A DNA stretch of 64,000 nt, taken from NCBI GenBank assembly GCA_905178155.1, contig CAJINV010000014.1, positions 902,116 to 966,115 of the forward strand, written 5' to 3'. The notes under the pieces are model-generated. The model was not told the origin of the DNA. It made no database searches and worked only from the letters and a program-made list of their open reading frames with translations. Source of the stretch: Amoebophrya sp. A120 (Eukaryota > Protista > Dinoflagellata). The translations under genes and the position numbers were made by a program. Below are positions 1-12,400 of this stretch, one piece after another. Each line of letters opens with the position of its first letter. Positions within the stretch are counted from its first letter, which is position 1.

Positions 1-538
1 CAATGCAATGCACGGGAAAAATGCACCACCGAGATGATCTATCATGCTTCAACATACCAGGCAAACTCCAAAATCGCCCGACCACGACTCCCAAATTTCC
101 TTCAACCGGATAAATCACGCTCAGGAAGCACTGCGCCAGTCCGTAGCCCACCTCGAACAACCAGACCGAGTAAAACGAGACCAGCATCGGCGCGCCCATG
201 AGGTTATGAAAGTAGAGAAAACAGCAAGCACTGCCTGTCACCTCGCTCCTGCGTGTCTCATTTTTTCATACAGGAAATCGGGAAAGCGATCCACAAGAAA
301 AAGAATCTGGGCGCTTCTTGCAACCAAATAACATTAAGCAAAGTACTAGCTGCAGATGGTGCACAACATGCTCGTTGGCGCACTAGAACTACACGAACGG
401 GAGCTACGCAAGCCTGTTTTCCCCTCATACAGGAAGAAGAGAAACTTCACCACGTAGCCCATCTGAGTTCATAATTTTTGTTTTCGACGTTTTTCATCGT
501 GTGCAATTGATCATAAATCTTTGTCGTGCGCAGCAAAA

Positions 539-1437
539 TCACCAAGTAAAGAAAAATGTTCCGAAATAGTAAAACCACATGTAGTTATGTACCACGAAGA
601 ACAGCGCTACGGGACGGAAGGTGTAAGCGGTGTTGCGGATGTATCAAATGCAAAAATGTCTGGGTCTGGAAGAGTCATGCTGTTTTTGCATGACACAGCA
701 GGTCTGGCATGGAAGCTCTAGCATCACAGGTTTCGCGAAGCTTCCGCAATGCCTAATCCGCATGACAGATCCCCCATTTTGGGGACAGAAAGTGGGCAGC
801 TTTTGCTACCTATGCATGAGAGATTTTTCTGTGTTTTGAAATGCGCATCACAAGTTTGTCTTCTTCCAGATCCAGACATTTTTGCATTTGATAGGATGAC
901 GCCCACGGCAATTTCCTTCCACGCGGTCAGCACCCACAGCATCGAGAACTCAAAAATCAGCCCCTTTTCACCAATCGTCTGGAGTAAGCTGGATTTGCAG
1001 CTTTCCTCGACTACTTTATTGCGGTTATTTGTTCCAGCGTGTGGGTCTGCTGCAACTATACCAGTTTCCGTATTCACAGCTCTACTGCTGCTCCCCGCCG
1101 GCGCGGCCAAAGCTTGGATGCTGTTTTGTTGAAAGTTCGTTGCCCGGCCACTTTCCTCCCCGCCAGAGACTTTCGTGGTCGAGAGGTTCTTGGTCGAGAA
1201 GCACCGAGCATTCGTTCGCGAGGAAACGAAGTGCTGCAGCAGCCGCGTCTGCCGGTGCAGGAAGCTGGTCGTCGCGTTCTGGTTGGTGGACACGAGGGAA
1301 GAACCGATTGAGGACAAACTGCTCGCATTTCTTTTCAGCGTCGTTGCGGCACAACTTTTCGTGGGAGAAAACCGCGGCGCCAGCATGCGGCCCTGCTGCA
1401 AACACCGGGAGGCCGTAGCCGACAGAGGCTGAAGCAT
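539..1437 (-). CDS. Hypothetical protein with a mitochondrial-presequence-like N-terminus and hydrophobic C-terminus; 2 exons
   Basis: ATG at 1437 (MLQPLSATASR, R/S/L-rich). Removing element 642-893 plus one GGATG gives ...AVGVI|RNTAYTFRPVALFFVVHNYMWFYYFGTFFFTW*, with the stop at 539-541. Confidence 0.7.
642..893. mobile_element. Introner, family A (TIR TATCAAATGCAAAAATGTCTGGGTCTGGAAG)
   Basis: About 30-bp TIRs; perfect GGATG direct repeat at 637-641 and 894-898. Confidence 0.95.
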
Positions 1438-2179
1438 CTTTTTGTACGTAGTTCCAAACAGTGCGACAGGATGAGAGTCAATTAAGCAGTAGTTCCAGGT
1501 GACTGAATGAGTTCGCTGTCCACACAACTGCAGCCACCCTGGAGGTTGTAAAACTACCACTTATGAGTCCGGCAAGAGGCCGCTCGGGACGAGATTTTCC
1601 TCTGTCGCAGTGACCACGTTTAATAGATACGGATTCTAGCTGCACACGACAGGTGAGCGTCGTGCCAAGAAAAACCACGTCTTTCTTGAGCGTCGATGCG
1701 ACGGACTTTGTTTCACTCAAGAAAAGGGAAGACGAGACAAAAAAAACCAAAGAAACGACAACCATCGGCACTACTATGTACCACACGTCTGCAGCTGCAC
1801 CGGGTGATGAAGTAAGATGTCTAGAAAAAGACGCAAAACTAAAAGCAACTTTCACGGCAGCTGCCCCGCCAGTAGATGACGAGGCGGACAAGATATTTAT
1901 TGAACAGCAGACAACCTGCAGAGGCAAACCATATGCAGCAAAAACAAAAAGTTGTCACTGCCATCATGCCTTCAAATCTCATTGCTGGTCGAGGGGAAAA
2001 GGACATGCGTTGTAGTCGAGGGACAACTGAAAAAATCATGTTTTTCTGAATGTTACCTCTGCGAGCTCCGGCGCGGGGGAGAGCAGCTGCAGCTTTTGCA
2101 GCTTGAACAACAACTAAATGCTAAACAAAGCAGTACTTCGCATCGTCCGTAGCTCCAACACAAAAAAGAAACCATGTTT

Positions 2180-5100
2180 CTATCTCTCCAGCGAGAATTG
2201 TTTGCACGGGAAGCAATTTTTCTGCCGCAACTTCTTCTCCAACCGGAGCAGCTGATGCGTCTGCTTCGCGGCAAACCGGACCTGCTCCTGGTGCAGGGGC
2301 CGGTAGTTCCAGTTTGAATTGCTGAAGTCTTGCTCGTCCGGCGCCGAATAGCCGCCCGTGCGCCCCGCGTAGGTATCGCTTATTCCATCTAGCCCAAACC
2401 TTTTCTGCAACATCTTCACGCTCGGGTATCCTGAGTAAAACCAAAAGCCACGAGGACGGGGCCCGAGAGCCAAGATAGCGCGTACCGTTCTGTTTTCATG
2501 CGCCACACAAACCAACAAGTTCTGCGTGTTGCGCATGAAGACTTTGGGCTCGATTTGTTGTCGAGCTTCGCTGGTGTGAGAGACACATGAGAAATCGAAA
2601 AGGAGGATGTTGCGGTTCTAGCATGCCACATTCTAAACTATCACTAGAAACTGCTTCTCATGGGACTGCGTCTGAGTAACATCTAAAAACATGCAGATTT
2701 CTTGCATGACCATTCTGGGGAGGAGGGAACGTTTTTACTCAGGATATCGGAGCTGCGTTGATCAGCAGGGACTGGGTTGTGCACGGCACTATCGAACGCA
2801 AACATGTCTAGGTCTAGAAGCGATTTGTAATACAAAAGTTCCTTACAGCTCGTCCCAGACAACTCTGTAAATATAGCATGTCACGCAATGCCACTGGTCC
2901 TTCCTCATGAAAAAACGTACCGGCTTCTCTTGCGCTTTACGAACCACACGATCGTCCAAGAGTGTCTCATCCTTAGCAAGCTCCTGAAGCTACTCTTTCT
3001 CTTTGTCATGCACGCATTGGCATGACGACTCTCCAGACCCAGACATATTTGCAATGCATGGGCCCAGTAGATGCGATATTAGTTTGATGATCGGCCACAA
3101 CCGCGGTAGCAGGACGCTGAGCAGATGTCCTAGGGCCTCTACTTGCTTCCCCCTTCACAGAAAGCAAGCCTTCCTGCGTCGCTTGCAGTGCCTTTGCCGC
3201 GACCAGATCTGCCTCTTCGGAGCTTGTGCGCAGATCCCCTTCCGGAACAAAGATTCGCTGGATCCGTTGGCCCTGCAAGTCAATCACACTCGAGAACTTG
3301 TTGCGCGCAGTTGCAAATCGCGACGCAGTGGAGGACTCACCTCCACCGTCTTGGTGCAGGTCCGGAAACGACGAGGTGTAGCTGTTTCCACGACTGCTGT
3401 GCCGGAAAAAGTTCCAGCGCAGCAAGAAGTTCCCGAACCCGAAGCACACCTTGGGCAACTTACGAATGTTATCAGTTGCTCCGGTCGTCCTCGTGGCTAC
3501 GGCAGTAGCAGCCGCTCCTGTTTTGGACAAAATCGCCCCCTGCATCACGTCTTTTTCGAAAACGTGCACCACCAGATCGGCGTAGAGTTGCGACTCCTGG
3601 TGGTTCAGCATGTCGAACAGGAAGCAGTGCCGCGGCGTGGCCACGGTCAGCACCGACATCGGGGAATCAAACGATGCTTGGTAGCCGAACGCCACGATGG
3701 GGAGGTGTTCAGAAGATGCGGCGCCTTGCAGCTCTCGATCTTCACCATCGTGTCGTTCTACTGTTCTTCTCCTATCCGCAAGAACCTGCGCGTGCTTCAG
3801 CCTGTCCCTTTCCCGAAGCTCCTCCTCGATGTCGGTCTGCAAGATCCGCCGCACCTCGGCCAGCTGGCGCGTATGAGATGGCACAACTAGTACTCCCCGT
3901 CAACCGTATACACAATTGGAAGGGCATGATCAACAGCGATAGAAACCCCAGTGAATATTAAGGACAAGGAGCCTGTGCCTGGCTCGGCACGAAATCAAGT
4001 TAATACTTTTACGCCTCCGTGTGTCCACCTACTGTTTGGCCTACTTCCACCGGACGAGATGAATTGTCAAGAACACTATCTACAACTACGCCAAAGGGCA
4101 GCTGCAACTGGATATTTTAGAATATCGACTGCCAAGAACTGTTTGAGCAGGGGAAGCAGGGGGACAAGTTGTGCACTCGGATAGCGCGCGGAATCGATCC
4201 AATAGATCCGGTCGTCGGAAAGAAACGAGGTGCTTGTGCTGCTTGAAGCCGTCTTCTCGGCCGCTTCCCCAGGACGCGTTTTCTCCGCAGTCTCGCTGCT
4301 GCACAAGGTGGAAGTAGATGTCGCATAGGTTGTTTGTGCTGGTGCTGGCTTAGAACGACTCTGCGAACACAAAAAGGGCGCGGCGTTTTCCCACGGTCGT
4401 AAACCCCATAAGAGCGCCGGCGGGGTATTACTACGTTTTCCATCGGGTGAATCAAGAAACCCCGCCTCAGTCGTTCCCGGCTGGTCGTGCAACTGCTGGC
4501 CCGTGGTCACACCTACGTCCACAGCGGTCGAAAACCCGTAGGGGATCTTGATTTCGCCGTCGGCGCCGTCGAGTAGGCGGAGCGAAACTTGACGCTTCCG
4601 ATCGTACGCTTCTAGCTGCCGTCGCTCCCGTTCGCACTCGTGGGAAATGAATGTCGGCGCGGCTCCCCCACTACTTCTTCCCGGCGTTGTCCACCGTCCT
4701 TTCCTACCGCAATCATTGCTACTGCTCGCCGACAACCCGAACCCGCTCGTGTCAATTACATCTTCGTCAGCATGCTGTGGCGCAGACGCTGGAGGGCACG
4801 ACCAGGAGGAGGACGGTTGAATATAATCTTCGGAGTGGCTGCTTGCAGGCGCAGTTCTTCTTCCCCCTGATGTGCACGACGACCTAGTAGGCTCCATCTG
4901 CCTCATGTCTCCGGCCGAAGAATCCTCGCGGACGTGCGTGGACGGCCAAGAGGGCAGCTGGAACAACGATTGTTCGGGTCGTATGCATCGGAAACATGTT
5001 TGGGTCTGGATCTGTGATGCGAAAGTTGAAGGACAAGAAGATCTACTGTGATGCTCGAACACGAGCCGCCAATTTTTTGTCGTGCTGGAAGCCAGCCTTT

Positions 5101-8100
5101 CGTACGTTTTACGATTACGATTACGAATGAATCTGCTTATAAAAAAGTTCGAGAAACTTGTGATGCTGTTTAGATACCACGCAAGCAGCTCCACCTCTTC
5201 GATGCGAGCAGCTGCACGCGGCAGCACCACAACTCTATTCCAGAGCCAGACCCAATCATGTTTGCAATGCATAGGTCCTCGTGCTGGTGGGGAGAGACCG
5301 ACACCACTAGTCATCTCGTGACGCACTGCTCGTGCTCTGACCGTGTCCTCGTTGGTTCCGCCTGTGGTCGTCTTGGTCGCCGTCGTTGACGTTGTCCTGT
5401 CGACACCGTGTATTGTCTGATTTTCGAAGAGAGAACCAAAAGTCGCCTGTTCCTGCAAAGGTTCGTCGTCAGCCAAGCGCGACTTTGTACCATGGTACTC
5501 CACCGGGTTAAGTCCCCTTGTACCAGGCGCGTCAAAATGGTCGTGCCCCCACGGTTTATGTGCTCCCTGCTCGCCCGCGCCAATGATCTTTCCAATCGTC
5601 GCTTTTGCCCAGGCCACGTGCACAACGCTTCCGGCAACGCCCCCTGCAGTGGGGTAGCCCGTGACAGGGCACCTCCGCGTGACGAGCGGCGAGGGCTCAG
5701 ACGCTTCTGTGTCCGCGCAGCCGCACATTTGCAGTGCCTCGGCCAGCAACGGAGAGGTGGAGTACAACGAGGGTATAGAAGTTCTTTGTGCATCTGCCAG
5801 AGCAGCCATTTTTGCGCTGTGATCGTGCTCGTGAAGAAAATCCTCAGTCGAAGCTTTTCCATCGAAAGAAACTGCCGTGATGTCATGAAACGCCACGTCC
5901 AGTCGCGTCACCTGCAAGAGGAAGTCCTTGAGCAAAAACTCGGATTTCAACTCTAGAATCCGCTCCAGAAACGTGCGCAAGGCGAACCGACTCCGGGGCA
6001 ACAAAGGACTGGAGAGGTGAAGATTTTGCGAGGACGGCGAAAGGCTGCTCTCGTCGTGTGCCACGTTGTTTGACGGCCGCGGCGCGGGAATCGTGGTAGT
6101 ACAGTGCCAGGACAAAGAACTCACTTTGAACGCAAACTGCATCGCCTGGGCCAAATTCGTCGGCTTTTCGTGCATATGGATTTCGCAATGTGTGTGGGTC
6201 TGGAACGGAGGAACTTCTTACGCTTGATTTCCATTTTTTCTGCAAAATCTGTACTGCATCAGCAGCACACGCGACTCTTGTGTTGTAATACGTACCATGC
6301 TATGTACGAAAAATACTACACTCGATAAAAAAACTAGTGACGCTTGACAGAATAACTTGGACGCGGTTCCATCCTCCAAGGCTCAACATCACAAGTTTCC
6401 GGACGAGGACCCAGACATCATATTTGTAACGCATAGTACAGGAGCTGATACAAAATGGCGTCGACTGTCTCCGTTTTGATACAACTAGCAGATGATCTGC
6501 GGGCCGCAGAAAATCTTGCCGCATGAAGTTCTTGTGTGCGCTCTTGTTCTTGGAACAGCCCCGGGTTTACTGTGCAAAAGTTGTAGCGCAATGGTACTAG
6601 TAGTGGCTACTCTCATGCGACATGACAACTTTCTTTTGCCGTACCTGACTCTCAGTTTGTCGACAAATTTCACTTTCCAAGAACTTGATGATCAAAAACT
6701 TGTGAGGTAGATAGTACATTTATCAATTTTCACCACCACCTAGTACCATGGCTATTACTTTTGCAAAATCCCGTACCGGAAAGCGCTCCACGATTTCCAG
6801 AAAGGTTTTCGTACCCGTCACCTTCCACACCAGGTCCCGGTCAATTGAGTTCTTCTTGCAGGGCTCCTCCACTTCTGGGCTGGAAGAAAGCGCCGAGAGG
6901 CCGGTGGTGAAAGAACTGTTGTTTAACCAGAAGTACCGAGCGATCGCGAAAAACAGCATCTCCCGGACCTTTTCGCGGCGAACCTTGCGCAACTTGGCGC
7001 ACGACCGATCCAGGATCACGGGGTTGAGGCAGGCAAAAAAGTACTCGCAGTTCGGTTTCTTAGCGTGGACGGCGAACAAGGAGCTGCACAGCTGGTAAAT
7101 ATCGGAGTTGAACTTCTGCAATTTTTCCTCGTTGGGGTGGTTCAAGTAGGCGAATCCGTGCAACCGGTACATGATCCCAAACCTGTCGTAACCCGTGCCC
7201 CCATCGAAGACGTCCAAACAGTGGTAGATGAGGTTCGCAGCGATGTCGACCACCCGCCTCTCCTGGCACAGCTCGAGGATTAGCTCGGGCAAGGGAATGT
7301 TCAGTTCCTTGGGGTACATCTGCCTCTCCGAGGTTTGCAAATACCGCTCCAGCTGCTTCTGCTCGGAGAGCAGTGCTGGTGCGTAGTAGTGGTCACCGAA
7401 CGTCGGAAAGACGGGATTCGGATGCGTTCTTCGTGTGTCCGCAGTAGACGCAGACGAGGTACTGGCAACCGCACTGCAAACAACGCCACTCGATGAGGCG
7501 GAAGAACAAAACTTTCGGCTTTGCCGCTGCTGCGCGTGAGAAAGGCGATCCTTCGATGTGAAACGAGCAGGAGGAGGTCCTGTGGCAAACACGCCCAAGA
7601 AAACTGCAGCAACACCCGCTGCATCGACGTCGGAGGAAAAAAGAAAAGGCTTATCGCTCCTAATGACAACAACAGTCGCCTCTTGGGTCGTTGCTCCTGC
7701 GCTATGGTTTTTCCAGGGCCCGCGCAGCTGCCGGTGGTGCGGCCGGAGCGGGGGAATGGGCGGGGCGACCGTCGGCAAAGCTGGTGTCGGTGTCCATATT
7801 GCTGGTATAATTCCTGTGACGTTGTTTCCACCTGGAACAATACCCGCGGCCTTCGTGGACGTGCTGGGCCCACACAGCGAACACCGAGTAGTGCAAGACG
7901 AAGAAACAGAAGTGGACATCACTCGAGCGTGCATTTTCACTTTTTCGTTGTACTTACCCACTTTGAAGTGCAACTTTACGGGTTCTGTCCAATTCTTTAA
8001 AGTGCTTCTTGTTTGGCCGCGCAGATCCTCCACTTCTCCCTGCTTTAGGATCTTGTGCCATTAACCGATTATAGTGCTCGTCCTCTGTGTCTACTTATGA

Positions 8101-8345
8101 CCAACACCCCATCCGCAAGAAGCGTTGAAAAGATCGATCCGGGAGTCTGCCTTTCCCCGGCTGCTTTTAGGTGTACAGGGATGTTGGTGGAGGAGGGATC
8201 GGATCGTCGCGACCGCCTCCCAAAAGAACGCGCTGTACATTGAGTCCCGACCGCTGGAAACTTTTTGGCAAGCAACGTACTTACACAGAAAACGAGGCAG
8301 GACCACCTTGCGCTCCTCCTCCAGTGCGCGGTTGTTGTAACTCAC
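2180..8345 (-). CDS. Large multi-exon protein with a C-terminal DEDDy 3'-5' exonuclease-like (EXD3/MUT-7/RNase D-type) domain, catalytic residues absent; start uncertain
   Basis: Joins ORFs 6723-8033, 4076-6175, 3006-3884 and the 3' part of 2180-2536 through GT-AG introns (6597-6739, 3887-4089) and four introners. Motifs IVAFGYQ, VLTVATPRHCFLFD, KVCFGFG and SNWNYRPLHQEQVRFAAKQ follow the exonuclease layout. The join to the 6723-8033 ORF is less certain. Confidence 0.6.
2427..2746. mobile_element. Introner, family B (TIR TATSCTGAGTAAAAACGTYCCC)
   Basis: TATCCTGAGTAAAA...TTTTACTCAGGATA; DR TCGGG/TCGGA; removal gives AAP|SVKMLQK. Confidence 0.85.
2790..3060. mobile_element. Introner, family A (degenerate)
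   Basis: Diverged TIRs; DR GGCAC/GGCCC; removal gives STGP|CTTQSLL. Confidence 0.8.
4982..5273. mobile_element. Introner, family A (degenerate; open in the host frame)
   Basis: TATGCATCGGAAACATGTTTGGGTCTGG...CCAGACCCAATCATGTTTGCAATGCATA; DR GGTCG/GGTCC. Confidence 0.8.
6175..6435. mobile_element. Introner, family A (degenerate)
   Basis: DR GTGCA/GTACA; removal gives YQLLY|EKPTN. Confidence 0.75.
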
Positions 8346-9438
8346 TGTCGTCAGTGTATCCAGTTGTTCTTTTTCCTTTCCAAAAAAACGAGCAGGCTGT
8401 TCTTTTTGCGTCTGCTTCTTGGAACGATCATTTTCATCTTCATCTTTCCGTAATACTTACGGCTCTCGTATTCCAATTCTAAAATCGCTTTCATCTCGGT
8501 GAATTTTCTTCGGTGACTTTGTGTTTGTGTGAAATAATCAATGTGGAAACAGTAAAAACACGCCTTGTGCTAAACTTTAAAACTGTATTCTCGTCCGAAT
8601 CTGGTTACAACAGCCGCGTTGAGGTCGTTTTCAAGGATGCTGCGCTGGTGTGCGACCATCTGCTGGTTCTATCGTATATTGTCCCACGCCGACCACACTA
8701 GGCAACATCATTCCTCGGAAACATTTCAGAACAACTACGTTAGTGGCCGCTTTGTACAAAAAAAGTGCATTTTCTTCATGTTTTATTCTACAAGGCATTT
8801 TAACTGAACGATGTCCCTACTAAAGTTGTAACTGGTTGCTCGACGTCCATTTGAAAAATACACATGTTCCACCGTAGTAAGATGCCCTGCGAAAAGTTTC
8901 CGATCTTCTCGTCCTCCGTTTGCAATAGCGTCAACCCGTCGAACTTTTAGGGCGGATTCCAAATCTGCGTCCGCGGTTCCCATCTATGAAAGTACACAAC
9001 TCTCCCCCCTCCCTCAGATGAAGGGCATTTGTTTCTAGCGTCACGCACATTTTTCCAGGCTGTGAGGAAAATCACAGCGGTTTCGGCATGACAAATCCAG
9101 GCCCGGACTGTGGTGCAGTTTGGGCCTCCTGAACTTGTCACGCAAGCACAGCCTGCAGGCTCTCTTAGATAGGTGAGGCTTTGGCATTTGACATCACAAA
9201 TGAGGGAGAGGGGGAGCTATAAGCACTCTCCTACCCTCCGTTGGGCGCCCAATAGTACGCGTTCTGGTGGCACTTGCCGTCTGGACCCGCGAGCCCAGCC
9301 GCATTCAGGCCTATCGATCGCAAAAGCAGCGGTGGAAATGCTACTGTAGCGCTTATTCATTATCCGTACAGAGCAAGCGAGCTTGCTTGTACCTGTGCGG
9401 TCCTACCTTGAACTTGAAGTCGTATTAACCTATGATTT

Positions 9439-12400
9439 TTACTCTAGAAGACACTTCCTAGCTGCATCGCAAGTCTTTCTATCCAGCCATCTTCCCATGC
9501 AAAAGAACTCGCCTGTTGTCCGGCCATTGACGTAGTACGCTACTTTTGCCTTGGGTAGTGCAGTATCGATCGCAAATCCGGCTGGGTTTGGAAATTTGTA
9601 TTGCTGTACTTCCGTTGCAAACTGATCGCACGTACGGCATAACGGCATGAGAAGTTTTCCTCAGCAGCTTCTGGCGCATTCATTCCTGAATAAGTAGCAT
9701 GACAAAGTTGCGCCTTCCCGCACGACCCTATCCACGCACACAGTAGATCTGGTTATCACGACGCGAGTCTTGCATCACACACCCAAACCCAGATATGTTT
9801 GCATATGCAGTTATTTTGGCAGTTGTAGACGGAAAAGACGTCGTCAGACACCTGGTACTTGAACTATGGTATGCGGTTGGAAAAAGTATTTGTCATGCAG
9901 AGCTAGCACGGTGGAGAAGGAGAACCTGCATCGTGCGAGCTCTGCATGACAAACTCTCTTTTAAGCCCGTACCTTCGTCCTTCAACTTGTCCAGGATGAG
10001 TCCTGCGCTATAGCAAGAAAAAAACTGCGCTTGTGTGACTTTGGTTTGTGTTTGTGATGCGGGACAAATAAGCAACCCGCATGTTGCATTTGTCATGCTA
10101 GTCCTAGTGGACAACCTTGATAGTAGCTTCGCCTCATCGTCAGATGAAACTGCTTCCTGCACTAGCAGCTCCGCAAGACAAATTTAGGTTTTTTCTGTCA
10201 AGACCGGCTGAATTTGCGATGCTGTCAGTCCAAGGAATTCGAATTCACCCTAACGCAGTTTTTTCTTCTGGATATTCGTCCGAGGGCTTGTATTGCGTTA
10301 TTCGCATGTCGATGTACCTTCATTTTCATTTCGGATAAGTACTTGGACACACTTACTCGTTGCAAATAATAAATGAATCCAGCGTGAGTAATAGGTTTTT
10401 TTTCTCATGCGCGTTATCATACGATGGCCATATCGTATGCAAAAATCCTGGTAGTTTTAAACCATAACAGCACCTCTGCGTCTGCGTGGCGGCGTCTGGC
10501 ACCCTGGCACAGCCGTTCATTTTCATCTGGGGCGTCGCGTTTTCGTTGTAGGCCCCTGCGATTCCGGTCTCTATCCGCACGTTGTACCCCAGCTGGCAGA
10601 GCAACGATTGCTCCAGGTTTTTCTTCAAGTAGTAGGCTAGCCGCTCCTCGTTGCCGCACGTCACATCAGTGTACTGGTAACAGGTATGCATTGCAGATAC
10701 GTCTGGGTCTGGCAAACAAGAATTGATTGCCATGCTAATGATCCATGGATGACGAATTTTTGTGCAGTTCTGTCGTGCGTTAAGGCGCATGAGGCTGCAT
10801 AAAGGTGGAGCAGTGCTATTCCGAGACATGCGACGCAAAATTGCACTGCAGTATGGTGCAAGTTTAGCGTCACAAGTCATGCCCATATAAGAGGTCTGGA
10901 ACACAAGCAAAGCATTACAGGTTTTGCGAAGCCGAAGGCCTCTTAATGCCGACCCCGCATACAGAAAAATTCGCAATTTGTGTAGCGAAAAGCAGGCAGC
11001 ACTCTGCACTCATGCAATACAGATTTTTCATTGTTCGGTCGAGATTTCGCATCGCAAGTTGGAACTCTACTTCCAGACCCGGACATAGTTCTACAAGGCG
11101 TAACAAGTCTGAATAAACCACGTCCCCACCACCGAACCGAGTGCCGCACCCCCACCGCCGGTAGCTCCTAGGACGCCCCGCGTATCCACTGCAAATATCA
11201 TGTCTGTGTCTGGAACAAAGGTCGTTGCACTTGCAATGCTTGTCTTGCGCATGGTCGGGAAAATAAATGGGGAAAAAAATTGTCGTGCACGGCTGCAATG
11301 AGAAATACTTACTTATCTACTCAATTATGGTCCGCAAGTCGGCGTCACAGGAGGTTTCCAGACCACGTCTCGGGATTATTATATTTGCAGTGGATACTGC
11401 GACGCCCACAACGAAACCGGCAACGAAGGTAACGTCGACTCCCCCGCGTCCTGGCCGAAGCCCGAAACCGGGCACCCGCCCGTGCAGTTGTGCGTCAAGG
11501 GGAGATACCAGTCTTCGAAAACATTCACCTGCGGCCCGTTCTGGAGCTGTTTCGCGTTGTAGAAGGAATAAGACGCGCATGGAAGGAGAATAAAGAGTGT
11601 GTCTTCATCGTGTATCTTTCCAGTTTTGATTCATACTCGGCGCACAGCATTACAACACTGTTTGGCAGGAAAGCGAAATAAACGCGCCGGAGCGGCAACG
11701 GACCCTGCAACCAATACCTGATCAGCATGAATGAATTATGTAGCAACGTCCCTCGACGAGCCTCGTCAGGCAGCCGATCGCTCATCCCCCGACGTACGTC
11801 GCCAGCCTACCAGCATGATAGACGCAACTGTCTTGCATACTTCGCATCACAGACCTACAGATAGTAACACACCAGTTTCTTTCTGCATACCGTGCGCTGT
11901 CGAACGAGACCAGTAACGGACGACGCCTTTAGTTCCAGGCGCTATCGCGAGAAAAAACTGTCGCGGTATCTCTGGTGTCATGCTCGACATGCAAGAACAT
12001 CAAAAAGGGGCCTGTAATCATTATCTGTAAAAAGGACTATGTGTTTTCTCTTTTTGCTCCTGCTTGGACCATCCACTTCCTTATACAGAGAGTTTTCTCT
12101 ATCCTGCTTCGAGAATCATTTGTGTAGCTGAGTCTGCAGAGTACGCTTGAGTTTGAGACAGTTTTTTTCCCGGGATAGAGGTTTCTCTTCCTGCAGTTGC
12201 AGCGTCATCACCTGCTGCAGTAAAGACTCGGGAGTGAGAATTGCCTCGAGCTCACGGCTATGCATCGCAACCACATCAGAGTCTGGAGGGAAGGGTGGAT
12301 GAACTACTTGTGAGGTAGATGCTTGTCGTGCATTCCTGCACCGTCCCTCCTGCATCACTAGCAAAAGCGTAGCTTTAACAAATACTCCTTGTCGTGTGGT

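Noticed and set aside
141-150. CCGTAGCC match to the dinoflagellate spliced leader (also near 1413)
   Set aside because: Only 8 nt match; the ATTTTGGCTCAAG continuation is absent.
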